Shown here one piece after another: positions 36,888-46,224 of a stretch of 64,000 bases of DNA; the stretch's first letter is position 1, and each line of letters starts with the position of its first letter. Origin of the DNA: a candidate division WOR-3 bacterium (GTDB taxonomy: Bacteria; Hydrothermota; Hydrothermia; JBDRYB01); contig JBDRYB010000002.1 in the NCBI GenBank assembly GCA_039803205.1, positions 96,243 through 160,242 on the forward strand, in the 5' to 3' direction. Under the pieces are notes generated by a model. It had not been told where the DNA came from. It made no database searches and saw only the letters and a list, made by a program, of their open reading frames with translations. The position numbers and the translations under genes are program-made.

Positions 36888-38729
36888 ATGCTGATGCTTC
36901 TGATAGGAGCCTTTTACTTGGAGACTACCCCGGCCCATTTTTCTGACGGCCAGTGGGATCCCCTGATCTATGTGTCGCGGAGGCTTCAAGTTGAGTCAGC
37001 GAACCCTTCGGATTCCGGCGCGGTTGAGATTTATCCGAGGTTTGACGCGAACCGGGACGGCTACTATGACCTCATGTCAGCGGTAGCAATAGGCGGGGCA
37101 GGAGGCTACATAAAGCTATGGTTTGGCTCTGCGACCGGATACTCTTCAGGCAACTATTGGCAGACCCAATCCGACTCCGGCGGGAACATGGACATGGCTG
37201 ACCTTAACCTGGATGGATGGCCAGAGCTCATCCACTCCGGCTGGGGAACCGACGGCGGCAAGTGTACGATATACTGGGGAAGTCCAACGGGCTACTCGCC
37301 CTCTGACACGACCCGGCTGCCCAACGGCAACGCTGAGGCTGTCTATGTCTACGATCTGGACAAGGACTCTTACCTGGATATATTGCTGGCCGGAGACAAC
37401 GGAACCCTCTATGTCTACTGGGGAGGCCCGGGCGGCTATTCCTCTGGCAATAGATCAACCAGAAGCCTAAACACGGTCGGCCACAACATTGAGGTCGCGG
37501 ACCTGAACAAGGACGGTTGGCCGGATGTGGTTCTACCGACGGGAAGCCTGATCGCGGCCGAGATAACAATCCTCTGGGGGGATGCAACCCCAAGAGACCT
37601 CGGGGACAATACTACATGGAGCCATGTTGATGGCTCAGGCTATTCCCACGGCGTTACCCTTGGGGATTTCAATCGGGATGGCTGGATAGACATAGTCCGG
37701 TCCGGATACGGCCCGTGGCCTCTGGGCGCGCCGCCCTCCAAGGTCTATTTCTCAAACAACGGCACATTCAGCTCCGGCAACAGCATCTCGCTCAATGTTG
37801 GACACTGCTATGGTGGCAGTGCGGCCTATGACTTCAACGGTGATGGCTGGCTTGACCTTGTCTTTTTCAGGGGGAGGCCGGGAAGAAACGAGCAATTCCA
37901 GCTTCTGATGTATCGCAACTCCGGGTCGTCCCCTTATTTTTCTGATGCCAATTCAACCGGTTTCGGCCCCCAGCAATACTACACTGGCGGATTCGTCTGG
38001 GATTTCAACCGAGACGGCAAGCCTGAGATATTCGCTAATAACGGCTGTGGATATGGGCTTCAGTCCTATGTGCTCTGGGGAGTAAGGCTCTCTGGCTCCT
38101 CCGTGGTCTACGATAGCATGCAGTCTCTCCCTGTTACTGACGATCACCACGGCGGCTTCCGTGAGTGCGGGAATGTATATGACAGGTCACCATACGCGTG
38201 GTATGAGTCAGGGGTGTTTTCTCACACGAACCTCCAGACCCAGGCTACGCTATCCTGGATAGCTTGGGAGGACAACCAGGTCGGCGCTCGTGTGAGGATG
38301 TATATAAGGACTAGGTGGGATGCCTCATCTCCGTGGTCGGGCTGGCGAGAGGTTTCAAACGGGGAGCTTGTGAGTGAATCCCCCTATTTCCCTGCTAGGG
38401 ACATCCAATATAGGGCAGAGTTCCTCTGGGATAACCCTGCGTATATGCCTTGGCTTGAGAGGGTTCAGCTTGAGACACAACCCCTTTCGGTTGAAGATGC
38501 CCAGTATCACGATCCCGAAAAGCCCAGCTTCGGTTCAGGGAGGGGCCTCATCTGGGTATCCTGGCCCGGACACGAAGCTGAGGTTTCCTTATACTCATCT
38601 GACGGAAGGAGGCTCGGCCTTGAATCCCTAAATAACGGAAGGGCTGAGTTTAGGGGACTCTCATCTGGCGTCTATTACATCTTCCTCTCAGGCGAAAGGC
38701 CCACTGCGCTCAAGGTCATATTGAGATAG
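36888..38729 (+). CDS. FG-GAP/VCBS repeat protein with T9SS-like C-terminal domain
   Basis: Repeated D(L/F)N.DG..D; GAGGAGG RBS; C-terminal LYSSDGRR...GVY...KVILR. Confidence 0.82.
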   Translation: MLMLLIGAFYLETTPAHFSDGQWDPLIYVSRRLQVESANPSDSGAVEIYPRFDANRDGYYDLMSAVAIGGAGGYIKLWFGSATGYSSGNYWQTQSDSGGNMDMADLNLDGWPELIHSGWGTDGGKCTIYWGSPTGYSPSDTTRLPNGNAEAVYVYDLDKDSYLDILLAGDNGTLYVYWGGPGGYSSGNRSTRSLNTVGHNIEVADLNKDGWPDVVLPTGSLIAAEITILWGDATPRDLGDNTTWSHVDGSGYSHGVTLGDFNRDGWIDIVRSGYGPWPLGAPPSKVYFSNNGTFSSGNSISLNVGHCYGGSAAYDFNGDGWLDLVFFRGRPGRNEQFQLLMYRNSGSSPYFSDANSTGFGPQQYYTGGFVWDFNRDGKPEIFANNGCGYGLQSYVLWGVRLSGSSVVYDSMQSLPVTDDHHGGFRECGNVYDRSPYAWYESGVFSHTNLQTQATLSWIAWEDNQVGARVRMYIRTRWDASSPWSGWREVSNGELVSESPYFPARDIQYRAEFLWDNPAYMPWLERVQLETQPLSVEDAQYHDPEKPSFGSGRGLIWVSWPGHEAEVSLYSSDGRRLGLESLNNGRAEFRGLSSGVYYIFLSGERPTALKVILR

Positions 38730-38789
38730 AAAATCCCCGGCCGGAACAGGAGGTGCAGGAGGATTTTGTCCGGCTAGGCTTTTTATCCC

Positions 38790-40253
38790 TTACCTGACTA
38801 TTCCCGTGCCCCTGTATTCGCCCCCCTGCCAGAGATAGACCCCGGGTTCAAGGTTAATCCGTTTTTCGCCCTCGTTTACCTGGCCTGACCATACCATCTT
38901 TCCATCTGCCGAGTAGACCCTCAAAAACACATTATCCTTGGAACGGAACAAGATTCCGCCCGCAATCGGGGAACAGAACAGCAGATTATTTCCAACGGCC
39001 GCATCCTCAACAATAGCGGAGGGGGAACAGAACTCGTTTTTTGTGGGCGTGAGATCGTTTACTGGGGGAGGGGTTGCGGTTGACATCCCTGAGGGTGTGT
39101 TCAAAGAAAGGCTCAGGGTTGTAGTCGTGAAAGCGAGACTTGTGGGGGTTATGGGAACATCAACAACACAGCCGGGAAAGTTTCCGCTTGGGTCCACTGT
39201 TAAAACGGAATGATAGGCCCCAACCCCACACCCCACAGCATATCCTCCGGACACGGGTATTGTCTCGTAACCTTCATCCCAGCCGTAATCATACCTTCTC
39301 GCCCAGATCACCGAACCACCAGAATTTGTCTTAAGAATAAAGATATCGTAGCTACCGGAAAAGCTAGCGGTGGTTCCCGTGGCCACGAGATCACTCCCAT
39401 CAGATACCAAACCATAGAAGAGGTCCCCTGAACCGCCGCCGTATGAGTTTGCCCACAAGAGATTTCCCGAGAGGTCGGTTTTCATTAGCATGGCATCACC
39501 GGAGGAATAAGAATTATACTGGCCGGCAACCACTATGCCATCCGAAACCGCGACAACTGCTTGCCCCACCTCATATTGAGACGCAGTGCCATATGCCCTA
39601 GCCCACAGGAGCGTCCCGCTCGTGGAGAGCTTCACGAGCAGAACCTCTCTGTCTGAACCCGAACTGAGATACCCTGTTATAAGGTATCCATCAGATACCT
39701 CAACGCAATCGTATGCTTCATCGTAGCCCGTTCCTCCAAAGTATTTTGCCCAGAGAACAGAGCCAGAGGAGGATATTTTGAGAATGATTACATCCCCGCC
39801 AGACCCGAAGCTGTATGTGCCGCCCACTGCCAAGAAGCTCCCGTCAGATGTTGGGATTATCCTGTTGAGCCAATCGCTGCTCGTGCCGCCGTATGCCAGT
39901 GACCATAACAAAGAGCCGTTCTGATCCGTCTTTATCACGAACCCATCCATGTTTCCTATGGTTCTCGTATAACCTGCGACCAGTATTCCATCGGATACCC
40001 TGGCTATGGACCTGAAATACTCATGATCAGTATCCCAGCCGTATCTCTTTGACCAGAGCCTTTCGCCTGAAGCATCAAGGCGCACGATTGCCCCATCATA
40101 CTCGGATGAAAAGCTCTTGTAGACACAGCCCCTCAGGGCGTATCCGCCGTCGGGCATCTGCACCAGGAAGGAGGGGCTTCTGCTGACATCAGACCCAGAC
40201 ATGTAGCCCTTTAGGAAAAGGGCCAGAAGACAGCTCATAATGGCGCAATTCAT
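38790..40253 (-). CDS. Secreted beta-propeller protein (W-A-K-x-Y-G repeats) with T9SS-like C-terminal domain
   Basis: Paralog of 27227-28756; GGAGG RBS before ATG 40253; C-terminal VYSADGK...GVYLW. Confidence 0.8.
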   Translation of the reverse strand: MNCAIMSCLLALFLKGYMSGSDVSRSPSFLVQMPDGGYALRGCVYKSFSSEYDGAIVRLDASGERLWSKRYGWDTDHEYFRSIARVSDGILVAGYTRTIGNMDGFVIKTDQNGSLLWSLAYGGTSSDWLNRIIPTSDGSFLAVGGTYSFGSGGDVIILKISSSGSVLWAKYFGGTGYDEAYDCVEVSDGYLITGYLSSGSDREVLLVKLSTSGTLLWARAYGTASQYEVGQAVVAVSDGIVVAGQYNSYSSGDAMLMKTDLSGNLLWANSYGGGSGDLFYGLVSDGSDLVATGTTASFSGSYDIFILKTNSGGSVIWARRYDYGWDEGYETIPVSGGYAVGCGVGAYHSVLTVDPSGNFPGCVVDVPITPTSLAFTTTTLSLSLNTPSGMSTATPPPVNDLTPTKNEFCSPSAIVEDAAVGNNLLFCSPIAGGILFRSKDNVFLRVYSADGKMVWSGQVNEGEKRINLEPGVYLWQGGEYRGTGIVR

Positions 40254-40386
40254 CTTTTGAACACCTCCATCGTTCTTTGTCTGAAGGGCGTTATTGTTAA
40301 TCGCTGACCTTAGAAAATTCCAATACAGATCGGGGTTCATTTAGCGCAAGAGTTTGATTTCAGGCTTATTTCTGATCTATAATCTC

Positions 40387-42219
40387 ATGGTGGAGATTGA
40401 GGAGCTCAGAGAGATGTGGAATAAGGGAACAGGGCTCTTGTTTTCAGGGGAAAATGAGGGATTTTGGGAGTATGTCTCACAGCTCAGAGAGGTTGGCGGT
40501 GAAAGGGGGGTATTGTCCTATCTGCTTGAGGAATATTACTACAGGGTAAAGGAGGATTCTGTAAAGGCCATGAAGATAGCGAGAAGGGTCATATCCTCCA
40601 CATCAAACCCCTACTTCCTTACCATGGCTTGGTCGCACATGAGTTGGGCTCTCAGGGTCACGGGCGATATTTCTGGGGCCCGGTCTGCGGTCCTGAAACA
40701 CCTTGAGTTTGCTTCCGAGACCGGCAAGCGGGATGAAGCCCTCATACTCTTGGCTTACACCAATTTCTTCGCAGAGGATCTCGCGGAGGCTGAGAATACT
40801 TTGAGCCATCTAGAGGGCCTCTCAGGACTACCACTCATCAAAGCCCTTCATGTGCAGGCTCTTTTGGAGCTCTTTAAGGGGAATTTTGCTAAGGCGGAGG
40901 AACTCGCTCGCGAGATCATTAAGCACAAAAACGAGGATTACGCTCAACCATTCAAGCTCTCTTTGGCCCTTGAGGTCTTGGGATGCGCTAGGGAGGCTAT
41001 GGGGGATGTGGATGGGGCTTTGGCTATCTACGCGTCTGCTTTTGAGCAAGAGATCGCTGGAGAGACAGCTTATGCCCTCTTTTACCTGAATAAGGTGGAG
41101 AGGATCAGGCTCATTGCTGGCGCGAGAAAACCAATCAACGCGGATCTAGCGAAGAGGGCTATTCTTCTTGCCCAAAAAACTCCGGAGGGGAGGGCCGGAT
41201 TGACGGAGTATTGTTCGCTCTCGTTTTGGGAAACCGGAAGATTTTCAAGAGTGATATCCGGCCTCATTGAGGCCGGCGATGCTTACATCGGCGTCAACCA
41301 GCCCCAGGAGGCCCTTATTGTCTACCTCATAGCGGCCATGCTCGCCAAAAAGCACGACGCGCCGGGGTTCTGGACTGCCATTGAGCGCATAAGGCCAAAG
41401 TTCGGCCTATACAGGGCTTTTCTGGAGAACCACTTCTTCTTCAGGGATTTCACGGGGGATGTCCTTGTGCCCCTTTTTGAAACCAGCCGACAAAAGGGCT
41501 TAGGGATAAAAATAAGCATGCTTAGGGGGATGAATCTCCCCGGCATGAAGCCTCCAGAGAAGTGGCGCTCGAAGAAAGCCCTCCTCCTCTTCAAGTATCT
41601 CTTACTCAACGAGGGTAGGCCTCTTCAGGCCGATTACCTCGTATGGCTTCTCTGGCCCAGGGCGAACCCCAAGAAAGGAATGGACAGGCTTTATCCGCTC
41701 GTTAGCGCCATCAGGAAGGAGCTCGGAAAGCTTTCCGGCCTTCTCGTCTCAAAAGGGGGGTGTTATTCCCTCAAGCAGAGTCAGGAGCTCTGGGTTGATG
41801 TCCACGAGTTCAGGAGGCTGATGAGGGAAGCGGAATCTTTGGAGGCTAACCCGTGCCTTCAGCTTGAGAAGTGCCTTGAGGCTATTGAGCTCTATCGCGG
41901 GGACCTCCTACCCGAGGACAGGTATGATCGGTTCATAGAGGAGCACAGATCTGAACTGCGCCACAGGTTCAGGTGGGCTGTTGAGAAGGCTACCCAGATA
42001 TTCCTCAGTTCCGGCAGAAAACAAGAGGCCCTTGAATTAGCCCAGAAGCTTTATCTGGCATTTCCCAAGGATAACGCCATAGCGAGCGCATACATAAATG
42101 TCCTCGTCTCATCCGGAAAAACCGAGAGCGCGAGGGAGGTCTACAAGGAGTTCAGGAACCGGCTTTGGCGGGAGCACAGGATGAAACCCTCATTCGGTTT
42201 TTCTGATAACAGGGGTTAG
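40387..42219 (+). CDS. Transcriptional regulator: TPR-like N-terminus plus C-terminal wHTH/BTAD (SARP-type)
   Basis: WRSKKALLLFKYLLL, LWP, LWVDVHEF, A.ELYRGDLL, G....A...Y. Confidence 0.82.
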   Translation: MVEIEELREMWNKGTGLLFSGENEGFWEYVSQLREVGGERGVLSYLLEEYYYRVKEDSVKAMKIARRVISSTSNPYFLTMAWSHMSWALRVTGDISGARSAVLKHLEFASETGKRDEALILLAYTNFFAEDLAEAENTLSHLEGLSGLPLIKALHVQALLELFKGNFAKAEELAREIIKHKNEDYAQPFKLSLALEVLGCAREAMGDVDGALAIYASAFEQEIAGETAYALFYLNKVERIRLIAGARKPINADLAKRAILLAQKTPEGRAGLTEYCSLSFWETGRFSRVISGLIEAGDAYIGVNQPQEALIVYLIAAMLAKKHDAPGFWTAIERIRPKFGLYRAFLENHFFFRDFTGDVLVPLFETSRQKGLGIKISMLRGMNLPGMKPPEKWRSKKALLLFKYLLLNEGRPLQADYLVWLLWPRANPKKGMDRLYPLVSAIRKELGKLSGLLVSKGGCYSLKQSQELWVDVHEFRRLMREAESLEANPCLQLEKCLEAIELYRGDLLPEDRYDRFIEEHRSELRHRFRWAVEKATQIFLSSGRKQEALELAQKLYLAFPKDNAIASAYINVLVSSGKTESAREVYKEFRNRLWREHRMKPSFGFSDNRG

Positions 42220-43557
42220 ATCCGCGGTTTTAAGGCTCGCTTTTTTGGGATTCAAGACGATCGGGACAGCCTCGGGTTTCTCCGCGAGGAGCTCTGGAGA
42301 GACCTCCCTGATGAGAGGGTTTCTGCACCTGATCATTAGGTTAAGGGTATCATCTGGGTTCACTCTGTAGACCGCGAGATCGTATCCGCCCGAACCGAAG
42401 CTCCATGTCCTCCCCACCAAAACGAACTCGCCCTCACTTGTCCTGGTCATGCCGTAGCACCAATCACCTCCAGCCCAGCCTATTGTTCTCGTCCAAAGGT
42501 GATTGCCGAGGGAGTCAAAACCGCTAAGAAGCATGTTGCACCTCCTTAGTCCGAAGCTGAAAGTGTATCCGGCGAGAGCAAACCCATAGTTGGTTGGGGT
42601 TATTGAAAAACAATAATCAGCATCATCGCCGCCATATATCCTTGCCCATAAAAGGTTCCCTGAGCTATCAAACCCGCATAGAAAGACATCCTGAGTGTCC
42701 GCGGAAAACCCCTTTGTGAATCCGGCAGATATGAGGCCCCCGCTCTCGGTGCCAATAACAGAAAGCCCTTGGTCCCACTGCTTTGCTCCAACCTCCCCTA
42801 GAACTTTACTCCAAATTGAGTTACCCAGGGAGTCATAGACCCCAACGAAGAGGTCAATATCCGCGCTAGCGTAATTCCCAGCTATACCCACTACCGCGAA
42901 CCTATTTCCGGGAACCTGGGCGACTGACTTCATCTCGTAAGCGAACCCACCCGAGACCTTTTTGGCCCAAAGGGGTTCTCCAGAAGGCCCTATCCTCACC
43001 AGGAGCCCCTCGCTCTCCGACAAGGCAGAGGAGCCGGGCGGAGTGCTCATTCCGACCAATAGGAAACCATCTCCAAAAGGAACAACGCAACGAGCAACCT
43101 CGCTTCCCTCGGCTCCAAGGGTCTTCATCCAGATTACTTTGCCCGATTGATCAATGTTCACTAGGAGTATGTCCGCGTCTTTGTCCGGCGTGCTGTATGT
43201 CCATCCGACAACCATAAACCCGTTTCCATCAGCCCGAGCGAGAGAGTGAGCCACATCATCCTCGGGGCCGCCTATTACCTTAACCCAAACGGGGTTATTG
43301 AGGGAATCAAGCCTCGCTATGAGGATGTCCTTAGCGCCATATCCAAAGCTGGCGGTGTAGCCAGTGACTATGGACCCGCCATCACTCGTGGCGAGGACAG
43401 AGAAGCCATTTTCGTTGCTAGTGCCGCCCAGGACGCATACCGTTTCCTGGCGGCTCAGATAAGGCTTCTGATAAACGATCTCGCGTGGCCTCTCAGCCCT
43501 ACAACCCAAGGATATCAAAGCAAACGCCAATAAGATTTTCTTAGAAAAGCCTCTCAT
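42190..43557 (-). CDS. Lipoprotein beta-propeller (same repeat family, no sorting domain)
   Basis: Lipobox SLGC; repeats T.DGG....G.T.SFG.G..D...G...W.K..GG. Confidence 0.78.
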   Translation of the reverse strand: MRGFSKKILLAFALISLGCRAERPREIVYQKPYLSRQETVCVLGGTSNENGFSVLATSDGGSIVTGYTASFGYGAKDILIARLDSLNNPVWVKVIGGPEDDVAHSLARADGNGFMVVGWTYSTPDKDADILLVNIDQSGKVIWMKTLGAEGSEVARCVVPFGDGFLLVGMSTPPGSSALSESEGLLVRIGPSGEPLWAKKVSGGFAYEMKSVAQVPGNRFAVVGIAGNYASADIDLFVGVYDSLGNSIWSKVLGEVGAKQWDQGLSVIGTESGGLISAGFTKGFSADTQDVFLCGFDSSGNLLWARIYGGDDADYCFSITPTNYGFALAGYTFSFGLRRCNMLLSGFDSLGNHLWTRTIGWAGGDWCYGMTRTSEGEFVLVGRTWSFGSGGYDLAVYRVNPDDTLNLMIRCRNPLIREVSPELLAEKPEAVPIVLNPKKASLKTADLTPVIRKTE

Positions 43558-44645
43558 AATCCTATTTCAAATCCCCTGAAGGCCCAGGCCCTTATCGTCC
43601 AATACGGGTCTTCACGGCCTAGGCCCTTCAGGAATTCTCCTGGGATCATGTATCCCCCTCCCACGCCGAACCTGAACCCTTCAACATCGTAGAACAGGTT
43701 CAAGCTCAGCTCCTCTCCTATTTCCTCACGGTCGGGGAGATAGAGATACGCCAAGCCGTCAAGCCTCCCTGAGAGCTCCGGCGTTATCCCGAAGAGAACC
43801 GAGATGTCAGCGGCCTCAAAAGAGTGCATGTCCATCCAGTATATGCCATAAGGGCCTCCGTTTCCGGATGAGACATAAGGGGGCAGGATGGTATCCGTCA
43901 TCGCGTCCCAGGTGAGAGCGTCCCCGAAACCCGTCCATCCGTTGTAGTATTCGTCCAGGATATATGGATAAGAGAAGGGCGAGCGCCAGGCCTCCGAGAA
44001 ATGGAAGAATCCGCCGCCTATCTCAGCGACCCCGAGGCCCCAGAAGACCCCTTCAGCAACCCAGGCGTTCCCCAACCTGTTTGAGGCCAGCTCCCCTTTG
44101 ATCTTGAACCCTGTCCTGTTGAAGTAGAACCTGGCGCCTAACCAACGATCCGGAAACGCTTGGGTTTCCAGGCCCCCATAAAAATCAATACAGAACCATT
44201 CTGGTCCTATGCAGATATATGATCCCGCGAGGTTCCTGTCCGGCCGGGCCCCCGGCAATATGCTGTCGGATCTCATGAACCAGAGCATATCTGCCCTGAT
44301 GTTGGGAAATTCCAGGCTGATCCTCGCGCCATCCGCGCCCATATCCAGGTCAGAGAGCCATAGCCCATCCCCATAAGTTAACCCCTGCCTCCCGATCCTC
44401 AAACAAAGTGGCCCTGGCGCGAGCTCCATGTATGCCCTTGATGGATAAAGCTCGTGCCCCTCGCCGTTTAGATCACCCCTCGCTATATCCCAATAAGCAA
44501 AGCGAACCTCAAGTCCTGCTTTCTCCCAGCATATCCTTTGGCCCAGCTCCCCCGATATGACCACCAGGTCAGGCCTTGCCCAGAAAAACCCAGCCGAACC
44601 GAGAAAGGCGTTTTCTGCCGCGAGCAGAAGGTGGGTAGTTAACAT
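43554..44645 (-). CDS. Probable outer-membrane beta-barrel protein (alginate-export-like)
   Basis: RAYMEL...LRIGRQ.L.YGDG...DG.R; alternating aromatic strands. Confidence 0.55.
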   Translation of the reverse strand: MLTTHLLLAAENAFLGSAGFFWARPDLVVISGELGQRICWEKAGLEVRFAYWDIARGDLNGEGHELYPSRAYMELAPGPLCLRIGRQGLTYGDGLWLSDLDMGADGARISLEFPNIRADMLWFMRSDSILPGARPDRNLAGSYICIGPEWFCIDFYGGLETQAFPDRWLGARFYFNRTGFKIKGELASNRLGNAWVAEGVFWGLGVAEIGGGFFHFSEAWRSPFSYPYILDEYYNGWTGFGDALTWDAMTDTILPPYVSSGNGGPYGIYWMDMHSFEAADISVLFGITPELSGRLDGLAYLYLPDREEIGEELSLNLFYDVEGFRFGVGGGYMIPGEFLKGLGREDPYWTIRAWAFRGFEIGL

Positions 44646-45427
44646 TATCTCTCCTGGATGTGCCCTATTGGCATTATTAGCAGGGGCAGTTCGTCTTCCT
44701 CTAGGCCCAAAAGATTCGCGAGGGCCTCGTCCCCGAAGGCGCCTATCGCAACGGTTCCAAGTCCAAGAGCCTCAGCGGCCAGGTAAAGGTTCTCGCAGGC
44801 CGCGCCCGCATCAATAAGCGCGTAGCGAAACCCTCGTTGTCCATACTTGCCCATGCTCCTTTGGACCTTTGATGTTATTATCACCGCGCAAGCGCCTCTG
44901 CCAGCGTGGGCTTGTCCTATGGCTATTCCTGGCAGAATTGACGCCACTTTACCCTTTTTGTAGAAGGAGAGACTATGCCTCTGTGGATCATACCTGTATA
45001 ATCCTGGTTCCAAGCCTTCAACCTCATGGACAGCAACTATGAGCTCGGTCGGATAGAGCGCGCCAGCCGAGGGCGCGGCCCTGAGCGCGTGGCCGTTGGA
45101 TTCGCCGGTTATTCCGATAGAGTAATAGACCAGCGCGGAAAGCTCCGAGAGGGTTATGGGTTCCTCTGATAGCTCCCGTCTTGACCTCCTGGATCTTATT
45201 GCCGAAGAGAGGCTCATGCTCAGCTCCGGCCGCGGTGGAAGGAGTATCTCAGATGATGTATCCCTCAGGCTCACTTTTGGTTCGCCTACCCTTATCCTTG
45301 TTATCTCGTAGAAGGCTCGCCAGGCGGTTTTCGGATCCTCCGCCGGGGCCGCGCCGTGGGCCTTGCAACCGCTCGCGAGAGCAAGGCAAACCAATCCATA
45401 ACCCATAACCCTTAACCCGAAGGTCAT
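44645..45427 (-). CDS. SagB/ThcOx-family nitroreductase-fold dehydrogenase with lipoprotein-like signal
   Basis: RRSRR, LRAAPSAGALYP, GLYRY, KYGQRG.RY...DAG, GAF.D; N-terminal LALASGC. Confidence 0.88.
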   Translation of the reverse strand: MTFGLRVMGYGLVCLALASGCKAHGAAPAEDPKTAWRAFYEITRIRVGEPKVSLRDTSSEILLPPRPELSMSLSSAIRSRRSRRELSEEPITLSELSALVYYSIGITGESNGHALRAAPSAGALYPTELIVAVHEVEGLEPGLYRYDPQRHSLSFYKKGKVASILPGIAIGQAHAGRGACAVIITSKVQRSMGKYGQRGFRYALIDAGAACENLYLAAEALGLGTVAIGAFGDEALANLLGLEEDELPLLIMPIGHIQER

Positions 45428-46110
45428 CTAGGCCTCCCCACCGGCAAAAGGAGCATGGGCAGTTCGTCCTCGGGCAAGCCCAGGATATCTGAGACCGCGT
45501 CATCATCAAAAGCGCCAACCCAGACCGTGCCATAACCGAGCGCGACAGCGACCAAAGAGAGGTTCTCGGCGGCCGCAGCAGAGTCCATTACAGCGTATCT
45601 GAATCCTCTTTCTCCGTATCTGTCAAGTGTCCTCTGGATCTTTGATGTGAAGACAATCACGCAGGAGCAATCCCCCACGAACTCTTGTTCAAGGCAGGCT
45701 ATCTCAAGGGACCTGGCCAGATCTCCCGTAGCCTGGGCCCAGAGCTTGTGATGTAGCCAATCGTAGCGATATAAACCTGGTTCAAGCCCCTCAACCCGGT
45801 AGGCCACAACGAGGAGTTCGGTAGGGTGCCTGGCGCCAGCTGAGGGCGCGGCCCGGAGGGGTATACCCTGCTTATCTCCGGTTATACCACCCGTGTAAAA
45901 AAGTAGAGCTGAGAGCTCGGAAAGGGTTATTTGGTCCCCGGTGAAGGAGCGGATTGACCTCCTGGCCTTGATCGTGTCGGATAAGGGCATTCTCAGCTCC
46001 GGGACAGGAGGGAGAGGGATCTCGCCCCTGGTGGGGGTCAATTCGGGCCTCGGGGGTCTCGCCTTGATTATCTTTGTCCTATCGTGAAAGGCTTTCCAAT
46101 CCATAGGCAT
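45424..46110 (-). CDS. SagB/ThcOx-family nitroreductase-fold dehydrogenase
   Basis: RRSIRSF, LRAAPSAGARHP, RYGERGFRY, GAFDDD. Confidence 0.9.
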   Translation of the reverse strand: MPMDWKAFHDRTKIIKARPPRPELTPTRGEIPLPPVPELRMPLSDTIKARRSIRSFTGDQITLSELSALLFYTGGITGDKQGIPLRAAPSAGARHPTELLVVAYRVEGLEPGLYRYDWLHHKLWAQATGDLARSLEIACLEQEFVGDCSCVIVFTSKIQRTLDRYGERGFRYAVMDSAAAAENLSLVAVALGYGTVWVGAFDDDAVSDILGLPEDELPMLLLPVGRPR

Positions 46111-46224
46111 AGAGTATAAGATAACCCGTGAATGAGAGACAAGGATGGCAGTGGCACGGAGACCGATTGATATTGCACCATACCAGGACCTTGCTTTAAG
46201 CTATCCCCACATAGGAGGCGAAAA

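Noticed and set aside
38730..38789. Hairpin/terminator between convergent genes
   Set aside because: An imperfect stem (CCGGCCGGA...TCCGGCTAGG) with a long loop; plausible but too weak to call.
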